NCBI GenBank assembly: GCA_903813345.2
Contig: CAIIXF020000001.1
Span: 19,344,001 to 19,408,000, forward strand
DNA from: Owenia fusiformis
Taxonomy: Eukaryota
DNA: 64,000 nt
Direction of reading: 5' to 3'
Under the pieces are notes generated by a model. It was not told the DNA's origin. It ran no database searches and saw only the letters and a program-made list of their open reading frames with translations. A program made the position numbers and the translations under genes. The stretch's first letter is position 1. Each line of letters begins with the position of its first letter. Shown one piece after another: positions 10,901 to 20,330 of this stretch.

Positions 10901-11519
10901 CCCCCACAAATGTGGGATTGATCTTTCAAATCACCCCCACAACTACTTGTGTATTGAAATCTTGTAGTTGAAAATAAGCTCGATTGGAGGTTATTAAGAC
11001 AAAATTCAGCTTTTTGTCAAATACTAACTACACTTTTAAACTACAAGATTTCAATACACAAGTACTATAGTTGTGGGGGTGATTTGAAAAATCAACCCCA
11101 CATTTAAGGGGGTAGTACGAAATACTTACCTTTTGAGCTTTTATATTAGCATTATTCTGAGCTTTTGATATGCTATCAAGGAATGTTGATTTTAAATTAT
11201 CATTATTTATATTTCCTGAGGTCGGTGATATGTAGAAATCTTTATATCTCTGCAAGATATTTTGTCTCATCTGCTTGGAATAATGTGACCCTCTTGACAG
11301 AAAAGGAGTGTCAAAATTAACATTTTGTAATTTTCTACTGCTCCAACTACTGTAGATATTTCTTTGTAAATCTGCAAAATATTTCACTGGTTTTTGGTCA
11401 ACTTGATCCCTGATATCTTGTGCATTTACAGTTTTACTCACGAGTACAAATATTGTCTCTATTGCTAGAAAACATATGAAAGAGTTAGCACAAATTTTGG
11501 TCCCCAATTCAACCTTCAT
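1957..11519 (-). CDS. Gene A: uncharacterised multi-exon protein with N-terminal signal peptide/anchor; terminal exon(s) unresolved
   Basis: Frame-consistent GT-AG exon chain: 11130-11519, 10009-10102, 9364-9534, 8757-8869, 7565-7717, 7203-7409, 6904-7024, 2923-3047, 1957-2085. Spliced peptide includes SIIEIGTGHTAYQAAVALENTTIILVNMP/DSEINDCFEAK...SLYNDYQ/VLFGTMF...LLQLG/PSISTKEKLFMELLNLP...HWHPK/NGYITKDV. Hydrophobic N-terminus ending VNA-QD. The donor at 7564 is the weakest boundary. Confidence 0.75.
3265..4790. repeat. 63-bp minisatellite in a gene A intron, interrupted by an insertion
   Basis: Unit catgtacttcattgaagaagctttgctaagcaatggtaactgactcatgacatgacatactta. About 4.5 copies left and about 8 right of the 3546-4280 insertion. 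Degenerate related copies continue to ~5112. Confidence 0.95.
3546..4280. mobile_element. Non-autonomous insertion (probable truncated DNA transposon) inside the 63-bp array
   Basis: CpG-rich block that breaks a repeat unit at gcta|...|taactg. Left end acccccctatcacac resembles a TIR but no matching right TIR was seen. No coding capacity. Confidence 0.6.
5129..6479. mobile_element. Non-autonomous P-element-like DNA transposon
   Basis: Imperfect TIRs CAAGGGaaaaatCAATACCCGG / CCGGGTATTGtaacgCCCTTG. 7-bp TSD GTTGATC at 5122-5128 and 6480-6486. CANRG termini with 7-8 bp TSD fit the P superfamily. Confidence 0.75.
6486..6938. repeat. 41-bp minisatellite (~11 copies) made of the 3' end of gene A exon 6904-7024 plus its splice donor
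   Basis: Unit ccactcacctaactgtaacagtgttgatatggtaactgtct. On the minus strand it reads ...CAGTTAG|GTGAGTG. Copies are near-identical. Confidence 0.95.
7945..8780. repeat. 32-bp minisatellite made of the 3' end of gene A exon 8757-8869 plus its splice donor, split by a MITE
   Basis: Unit ttataaagtgactttgtgttacctgatagtca (minus strand ...GACTATCAG|GTAACAC). Copies at ~7945-8157 and 8648-8780. Confidence 0.93.
8158..8647. mobile_element. MITE, superfamily unassigned
   Basis: 13-bp TIRs GGAGAGGTTAAGC / GCTTAACCTCTCC. 3-bp TSD ATT (8155-8157, 8648-8650). Removing it restores the repeat unit agtcattataaag. Confidence 0.85.
9165..9256 (-). mobile_element. 3'-end fragment of the HINE-like family seen at 31624-33277
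   Basis: Reverse complement matches 33187-33277 (atatttgctatata..tgccagccat..ctgttcgatgggatt..cgct.tggcgttgc). Confidence 0.75.
10184..10336 (+). repeat. Tandem dimer of a tRNA-derived (SINE head-like) sequence
   Basis: Two ~80-bp copies, each with A-box-like (a)gctcaggagtagagc and B-box-like gggttcaatcc / gggttcaaat. No intact acceptor stem. Confidence 0.65.
10896..11117. mobile_element. MITE with long (~85 bp) inverted arms in gene A intron 1
   Basis: tactaccccc..aaatgtggg.ttgat.tttcaaatcacccccacaacta..cttgtgtattgaaatcttgtagtt is inverted at 11035-11117. Direct repeat CGAAATACT at 10891-10899 and 11118-11126. Confidence 0.8.
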
Positions 11520-11734
11520 GTTTACATTTTAAAGATGGCGCTTTTTACTATACAAACAGTTAATCAAACTATTATCTATTCCTCTTTTCAAAGAACTAAT
11601 CGTATATCCAAATTATCTCTAATAACAATAATAGATATAGATATTGTCTATATTTGTCACATTTCATGATATTTCTAATATCATTTAATGATATCATTTT
11701 GTTTCGAGACTATTTAAAGAACACATCTGCAAAT
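11520..11734. promoter_or_regulatory. Putative bidirectional promoter shared by gene A and HM13
   Basis: Divergent ATGs only 215 bp apart. YY1-like AAGATGGCG at 11532-11540. ETS-like ACTTCCGG at 11933-11940, just inside HM13 intron 1. Confidence 0.6.
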
Positions 11735-14700
11735 ATGGCTGACGTGGTGAATGAAACTCTTGCCGAAATAAACGCTAGTTTGAACGAAAGTGAGAAGAAT
11801 GCCACTGCGAAGATACCATCCACACCCGAGGGAATGGCTGTGGCGTACGGCAGTCTGGTCATAATGGCCTTAGTACCCATATTTATCGGCGCATTCCGAT
11901 CTGTAAAGTATCACAAGGAGCAAAAGGTATGAACTTCCGGTTGATTTATTTGGAACATATGGTGACAAAATATTTAGTGTATCATTGAATATACTCTACA
12001 ACTGGTATGAATGTTGTGTTGAATTCATTCAAACATTTATGACCTGAAATAGATTGATAGAATGACTTATGCCTATCTCTTTGATAGTGAGTTGCTGGAT
12101 TCACAAGAGTGATGTCACCCCAACTCGAATTGAGAATGATAAACAGCTGTTACTTGGGTTTATGTGCTAGGACTATTGTCCTGAGAAAGTCCCAATCATT
12201 TGCCAGTATCACGCGGTACTAACTCACTGGGGCGAGGAATTTCTCGGCTAATATATTTCGTGAATTTTCCAAAACTCTAGCAGAAATCGCCGTATCCCAC
12301 CACTCTGTTCATTTCTTCCTATCACTGGGCATGTGTAAGATCCGTGGATTAACCGCCATGTTGTAATCATACTCACGCGGTACTAACTCACCGGGGCGTA
12401 TCGAAACCAAAACGCCCCGCAAAACCGTTAATTTGTTCAAATCTACCCTGTCAATCAATCAATGATTGTGAGTCTCACACTACACCGTTTTTTTCAAACT
12501 TGTTCCATTAAAACCTTCACAGAAATACCTTTCAGTCAAGACATTGCCTTTGTACACAAAGTCCCTCGTTTTAGCGGCATTTTGGTCCCCAGATGTGAGA
12601 AGTTGCAAATTCTCGAGAGATTTCAACCACAATCCTTGATATCTCGTCAGTTCTTCTATCACTCTCCCCCATATTAACAACCCTCCATCGATGCATCAAC
12701 ATATTTATTACATGAAACGCAGCAATTTTGAAAAGTCCTACGCAACTGTTCGAAATTGACCAAAACCCCCCGTTGTCTTCCAAAATGCCCCGCAGAGTCT
12801 ATGACTATAAACGTGTATCTAGATAAGTTGTATAGATCCGACGGGGCGTTTTGGGAGAGTACTGTGCGTTTTGATCAGTTTCGAACAGATGCGTAGGACT
12901 TTTGGAAATTGGTGCGTTTAATGTAATAAATATGTTGATGCAGAGATGGAGGGTTGTAATGGGAGTCCTTGTGCAAAATATAGGGGAGAATAATAAAAGA
13001 ACTGGTGATATATTGAGGCTTTTGGTTGAAATCTCTGAAGATTTGCATCTTCTCACATCTGGGGACCAAAACAACGCTAAAACGAGTGACTCTGTACACA
13101 AAAGCAATGTCTCGAGTGAAAGGTATTTCTGTGAAGGTTTTAATAGAACAAGTTTGAAGAAAAACGGTGTACTGTGAGACTCACAATCATTGATTTTCCA
13201 AAGAAAGAGTAGGTTTGAAATTCAAATTAACAGTTTTGCGGGGCGTTTTGGTTTCGATACGCCCCGGTGAGTTAGTACTGCGTGAGTATGATTACAACAT
13301 GGCGAATAATCCACGGATCTTACACATGCCCAGTGATGGGAAGAAATGAACAGAGTGGGGGATGCGGCGATTTCTGCTAGAGTTTTGGAGAATTCACGAA
13401 ATATATTAGCCGCGAAATTCCTCCAGTTTGAATTCACGAAATTTGTTAGTCGTGAAATCTCAAGGAAATTCCTGGGGATTTCAATTTTGACAATATTTTT
13501 GTCCAGTGCTGGGCGATAATAGCTAGGTAAAAACATGACATTTTGAGTTTTGAAAAAGGGAAATTAGAAGAGAGATCGTTATTACTGTATTAAAATGAAC
13601 ATTCTAACGAAAGGGCTTTATAAGAAGCCAAAATCATTGGGTGAAGGAACAACCATGGCTGATATCAGAGTCGAAAGAGTGATCCTTTATGACAAATATG
13701 TGCAGATTAATAGCCGCGAAATTTCAAAAAACTGAAAATTGCCTTTTTTATTAATATATCTTTTATCTTAGAAGTCTATTGGTCCAAAAAAATCCTAGAA
13801 GCCCACATACTGTATTGTATCGTGTCGTGCACCTATTCATTAAGCATTTCCAACATAGTCTTTCTCCTAAAAGAAAATCTCCGAGATTTGTTAAATTTTC
13901 TTACAGAAATCATCCCATTCCCCTTTGTTCATTTCTTCCGATGACTTGGCATGTCACACTTAAATATCTACCACAATTTCTGAATATTCTAGGATTCCAT
14001 TTATGTAGTTGAATTTTCCATCAGTGGGATTATCAGCAGAATTGTCAGAAATGAAAATGTTCTTGTTCTTCAAGATACCAAATACAATTGGGGCTTGAAC
14101 TGCATCAAAACAAGCCTTATACAGTTAGAAATATATTGTGTGAAATTCAAGGGAATAATATCTTCCCCAAAGTCGCAATTAGAAATTCAAATATTAATTG
14201 TTGCATTATACTCCCACGCCAACTTCTCTCCATGCTAAATGAGGTTTCAAGACATTCATCCACATTACCATTCCCCAATTTATGAGATTTGTGATTTTGA
14301 ATTGTGAATTATGATGCAGTTTGGCTGATTGATAGTCTTGTTATTCCAGGAAAATGGAGAAGTAGCAGAGACAATGTCCCATAAAGATGCAGCTATGTTC
14401 CCCATCATTGCTAGCTGTACCCTGTTCGGACTCTACTTGTTCTTCCAGGTAGGTTAAGAAAACCATAAAAAGCTAAATACATGTACATGTATGTTCCAAA
14501 ACATAATCAGTAAGAATTAGAGAAAAATGTTGAGGCTTGTCCTGTCTGTAAAACAATATTTATCTTCCACTTGATTGAAATGTTTCAAGAACTGGTCATT
14601 GTAATTACTTTTATTTATTTGAATTATTTTATGATAGTATACCAGAGTTTCCTTTGGATGTTATTTTCAAGTATGACTATGAAGGGTGCTTCTAAATAAA

Positions 14701-17700
14701 TACACCCAATGGGTGAAACATTCAAGAAAAGTGATCTTTTTGAATTTGCCTAAAGACAACTAATATGTACCCAGAGATTGCTTCCATACATTAATAATGA
14801 ACCAGTACCTGTTCTGTTTTGTTTAATAAAAGTTGAATTTACAATCGTATTTCAAATCATGATGCGAATCATTAAACCCTGTGGCTGACTAAATTTCTGT
14901 TTTTTAAAATAGCATTATGTATTGTGATTTTCAGGTATTTTCCAAAGAATACATCAACATGTTGCTGTCATCCTATTTCTTCTTCCTGGGTATACTTGCA
15001 TTAGCTCATATCACTAGGTAAGTAGCTGATTTGTGTCATTCATATTAGAACCTAATAATCAATCACATGTACATGTAGTTAATAATTTAATTGGTATAGC
15101 AAAAATGAATAGTCAAGCTGTGACTCAAAGGTTCCCCTAGAAGACTGGGGTTTTAACATTGAGAAATGATTCAGTCTACATTTAGCCAAAATGTGATAAT
15201 AAATGTAAGCAATCTATATGTTCAAAACAATTTGGTGTTCGGTGATTGGTCTTTGGCATTAATCATCTCTAACAAATGGCAGGTGGTGACATTTTGCGTG
15301 CTAATGCCTTGTTTCAAATGTACAGTGAGAATACAAGGAGAGGGAGATTGTCTTCAATTCTTGAAAAAGAGGCAATAAAATCACATGAAAAATCTATTCT
15401 TCTATTTGTTCTCGTTCTTGTTACAGTCCCCTGGTCAACAAGCTTATCCCAGCATCATTCCCCAACTGTCAGTATCAACTCCTCTTCCAAGAAACAAAGA
15501 CAGAGGAGAAAGATGGAAAGAAAACAGAAAAGAAAGAAGGTAGAACAATCTAAATATAACAGATAGCATTTAAAACTATGAAGAACTATATAGTTTCAGT
15601 TTAGATTATTTTTATCAATTAGTTAAATGGTTATTCACAGTATACAGATAGAGCTGGTGATGATAATATGCTGTAATATGTGTAGAATAAATCGCCTAAA
15701 TATTATGATTGTTATTTCAGATCTGATAAATTATGAGTTTGATAGAAGAGATCTTGTAGCATTGGTACTCTGTACTGGAGTAGGTGTCTGGTATATATTG
15801 AAGAAGGTAAGTCCAAATTGCATTTTATTCTTATAATATGAAATGAATATGTGAGCACAATTGCCAAAGGGGGCCATACCAAAAAAAAAGTTTAAAAAAG
15901 GAAAATTAATGATTGTAACCAATTACGGACATGAAGCCCTACCATCTCAAATGATCTAAATTATTGATTCATTTTAAAGTGTACACTTATGTCCTTGCTA
16001 TGCCTTCCTTTATGCGAGAGTTTAAAAGCCAAATTACTCATACTGCTTTTCGCAAAATACAATACTCAGATAAATATTTATTGCCTTTGATTTCAAAATT
16101 AAGACACAAAAAAACATGAGAATGTTTCATCAAATTGAAAATGTATGTGTTTTATGTTTCAGCACTGGATTGCCAATAACCTGTTTGGCTTGGCATTTGC
16201 TGTAAATGGAGTAGAACTTCTCCAGCTTAACACAGTCAGCACAGGTTGCATTCTTCTAGGAGGGCTCTTCTTTTATGATATATTCTGGGTAAGTTTAAAC
16301 CTGATTTATGATGCCCCACAACCCATGCTTGAATATCCAGTTAATGCGTAATCAGTTAATGATTGTAGCCTGTAAGACCCACTTTAATTTGTAGTATTAA
16401 GTGTGAATGTCTTGTACTAGTGGTCCCACTTATGAGACAGTCTATTTGTAAAAAACACATTTTTAAAAACGCTCATTATTGTGTTTAGAAATCAGACCCT
16501 GCTTATCGATTGAGCCTTTGGTGTAAACTCCCTTGTAATTATTCTCTGTTTTGTTATGTTTAGGTGTTTGGTACTAATGTCATGGTGACAGTAGCTAAAT
16601 CGTTTGAAGCTCCAATAAAATGTGAGTAAAACCTTCAGGAATAACGTCTGATTAGAATTAGGCTAAATTCCTCTGATCTGAGAATTTTTCAAGCTTTTTC
16701 TATTTTTAATTACAAAGCTGAATATCTTAGCACCATTATTAATTTGAACTGTGACTTAATGTTGATAATATCAGCACAGTGGCATCTATTTCATTTGTAG
16801 TTTGTAATTTTGACTTTTTTTTCTTGTGTTGTAGTGGTATTCCCTCAAGATCTACTAGAGAATGGTTTAGCCGCCAATAACTTTGCCATGCTTGGCCTTG
16901 GGGACATTGTAATTCCAGGCATCTTTATAGCCCTCCTTCTTAGGTTTGATATGAGGTGAGTTGAAAATAAAAACTTTTCCTTTGACTTATTTGAATAACA
17001 ATTATTGATTTTGTCATTTTATTCAATTTAGAAATTAGAAAACCTAAAATAAAATGACATTCAGGTTATGAACAGAAACTTCATATAGTTGAGAATTCCT
17101 ATTCCATTGTTCTCTCATTATGACATCATTATATCCACGGTTACAACGCTTTATTTGAAAACTATTTTTAGTGAATTTCTAATAATTGGGATGTTAATGA
17201 CCCCCAGATTAATAAAACGATTCCTAAAATTAAATGAAGCTATTTTAACTGACCCCCACATTTCAATATTGTTTGTTTTATTTTTCAGTTTAAACAAGAA
17301 TAGTAAGACATATTTCTACGCTAGTTTTGCTGCTTATATTGCTGGTCTTCTAGGCACAATCCTTGTAATGCACGTCTTCAAACATGCACAGGTGAGGCAA
17401 AAATGTATATTTTCATGAGCCAATATTATTCTTAATCATATTAGAGTTAGTAAAGCACAGGTGAGGCAAAATGTATATTTTCAAATATGCATGTGTATGT
17501 CTTCATGAGTCAATATTATTCTTACTCATATTAGAGTCAGTAATGCACATCTTCAAACATGCACAGGTGAGGCAAAAATGTGAAACTCCACTTGGACCAC
17601 AATGAAAGTGTTCAACTTGGAAGGTTCATTGACATGTAGTGTGGATGGAGTTGATGAACTGTAAAATTGCCTTAATTTTTAATAACCTCTGCGCTCAGAG

Positions 17701-18321
17701 TAGTATAGTATCTCTTCAATTATGTGTTGTTAAATAAAGCACACCCTTATAGACTTGGGTCAGTAATAATATATTCATTGCATACGACCAGTATATCAAC
17801 ATAGATTGTTTAAATTGTAATGTTGTTGTTCTTGTTGTTGCAGCCAGCTCTATTGTACTTGGTGCCTGCCTGTATAGGAGTCCCTCTCTTAGTAGCTCTC
17901 ATCAAAGGTGAACTGAAGCCAATGTTCAGGTGAGAAAATCACGTAATGAGGCCAACAACACATATTCCTTTTCATATGTTCAAATGTCTAAATCAATCAA
18001 CAGAAGGATTTTACCAAGCTAGTACAATTCACCAGAGGCAACAATTTGGTGTAGTTGCTTTATAGGACATTGAATTACAGGATGTGTGCTTGATAATCAA
18101 TTTAGAGTCAGACCCGCTTAACTGTAGGGTTCACTGAATCATGCATTTTTAATGTGGCAACATGCTTTTACATGCAATACAGTTTATATCCTCCAGATAA
18201 AATGACTCATTTGTCATTATTATTACAATATCTAAAAAATGAAAAATATTTTCAATGTTCCAGTTATGAAGATAATCCTGCGAAACCAGAGGACAAAAAA
18301 GACGAGAAGAAGGAGAAATAG
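11735..18321 (+). CDS. HM13: Signal peptide peptidase (minor histocompatibility antigen H13), GxGD intramembrane aspartyl protease; complete, 11 exons
   Basis: Exons 11735-11926, 14350-14448, 14935-15017, 15427-15539, 15721-15806, 16163-16288, 16564-16621, 16835-16955, 17289-17391, 17844-17929, 18264-18321, all GT-AG and in frame. Motifs STPEGMAVAYGSL, YDIFWVFGT, LGLGD, QPALLY and C-terminal KKEK ER-retrieval signal. AATAAA at ~19203. Confidence 0.97.
12234..13423. mobile_element. Foldback / long palindromic non-autonomous element in HM13 intron 1
   Basis: Left arm ~12234-12800 is the reverse complement of ~12840-13423 (e.g. gaggaatttctcggctaatatatttcgtgaatt vs aattcacgaaatatattagccgcgaaattcctc). 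Spacer about 40 bp. The ORF track shows mirror-image pseudo-ORFs on the two strands. Confidence 0.88.
15233..15325 (+). repeat. Short dispersed repeat; other copies inverted at ~44130-44205 and ~45195-45285
   Basis: Shared core taacaaatggcagg(t/g)..tgac/aatttt.catg.taat.cctt in three places. Confidence 0.7.
17368..17581 (+). repeat. Tandem triplication spanning the HM13 exon 9 3' end and splice donor
   Basis: GCACAG|GTGAGGCAAAA at 17386, 17455 and 17561. The third copy also repeats exon sequence gtaatgcac.tcttcaaacatgcacag. Confidence 0.88.
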
Positions 18322-20049
18322 ATTATTTCAGTTTGACATCGTGGAATATTTTAATGGACCGACACACATGAACATGGCCTGCCTATCGTGTAACATCTTA
18401 AAGAGGATGATCTTTAACATTGCGAAATGCAGAATGATAATTTTGAATGGACTACTTTAAGTTGAGACCATCTTCAGTGACTCTATGTTGACATTGGTAT
18501 AGCTTTTGTTCAGTGTTACTGCGTTTCCATACTTATTTAGGGTGCTGTATTTTACCTTGAGTAAAGTACAATTCTCTACGCGTATTGGGTATTTCTACAT
18601 CAGTATAAGTGTTGTACTGAATATAAAGGTGTTCAAGAATTTGATTTGAATTAGGTTTTGTTCACGTCCACCTATTTTTGAGAATTCTCGGTAAATATAT
18701 TGAGAAACATTTTTTTTATGGAGTATGTTAGATGTAAAGGTTCTTTACAATGTTATATCATCAAAGTATGGAAATAATTACGTTTAAAATGTGAAATCAT
18801 CAAAATATAGAAAGTAATGAAGTTTACAATGTGAAATCATCAAAATATTGAAAATAACTAAGGTATACACCAGATCATCAAACACAAACACATCAATCAT
18901 CTTTGAAGTCAATATTATATCAAAATCAGATGTCATTATCAATTAGCATTTTCATTTCATTTTACATTTCATTTAAGCATTCTATTTAATGAATATTTTG
19001 GTGATATAACATTTTAGAAAGATGGAGGAATTTTACTCATTAAGTTATGTGCAATGTTCACATTATAATGTAATGCAACAACGAGGTTGTAAAATGAAAA
19101 ATTATTGAATATATTGAATGTATCCATTTCTTAATATTGTGTTTTTAATTGGCTTTGGGTTGTATTACTGTATAAGTAAATGATAAAATTTTCAGTAAAT
19201 GAAATAAAATTCTTGTCATTTTAGAATTCTGTTCCATTTATTTTTTATTTGTATATAAGGCTTCGCTGTTATGAAAAGTTCATATTACATAATAAATCAA
19301 TTACTTTTACAGTAACTCATGGGTATTTTCTCTTCGGGTGATTATTACAACTATGTGATATTGACAAAGATTCTAATTAGCACTCCAACTGTACTACATA
19401 AATGCATAAAATAATATTTGCTGATAAAGGTGACATTTTCAATAGATGGTTTTGCTTCTAAATAGAATAAGAGATCCTCCTTTGATCGAGCTTTACCCAA
19501 TCAGAAAAGATCACTCAAATCCAATCAGAATTCCAGTAGTTATGTATAGTAGCAACAATAAAAATGTATTCAAAAATTTTCATTTTATCTATAAGACAGT
19601 AACGTATGACTTTTTCCATCCAGAAACTTTGGATAAAATGACTTCAGTGCCTATGGCCTTAACATTTTGGATTCTTTTTGTTGCAGCTATACATAACTGT
19701 GGATATTTTTAAGCAAGAATATTTCTGAAAACATGTAGTTCATATTCACACTCCCATGAAAGCTCATGGCAGCTACTTTTGGAGTCCTAGAAATCTTATC
19801 TCAGTGTCAAAACTATATATTTGCCCCAGGGTAGATAAAGGTAGGATCTGACATGAAGCAATAATTTACCAAACCCTATATATGATATAATTTACGATTT
19901 CTGATTACAAAATGTATTTAAGACAGGTTTGTTTAAATGAAATTGATATCCATGGATTAATTAAAAGTTGTAAAATCAACATGTAAATGTTAATGTACTT
20001 CCCTGAATAAGTTTGATTCTACCTTTCATCATCCTGTACTTGCATAATC

Positions 20050-20330
20050 TTGTAGTGTAGTGTAGTGCACTGTACTATATGGCACTATACTGTTGTATAC
20101 TGCACTACATTGTACTGGAACTATTGTATTGTACTGAACTGTTTGACTTTACTGTACCGTATTTTCAATACATTACATAATCTGTATGATACACTGCTGT
20201 ACTGCATACTGATACTCAGACCATCTCTGCTATGCACAAGAATGCTAGAAGGACACTGAGAGAAGGCTGTGATATCTCACGATGGCTGTACTGTAGTGTA
20301 TTGTACTGTACTGTTTAATACAGTACACGG
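20050..20330. repeat. Degenerate (TGTAC)n-type pentamer microsatellite
   Basis: Runs of tgtag/tgtac/tatac units. Confidence 0.6.

Noticed and set aside
12462-13536. Cluster of paired ORFs on both strands
   Set aside because: Mirror-image products of the palindromic element, with no protein-like features.
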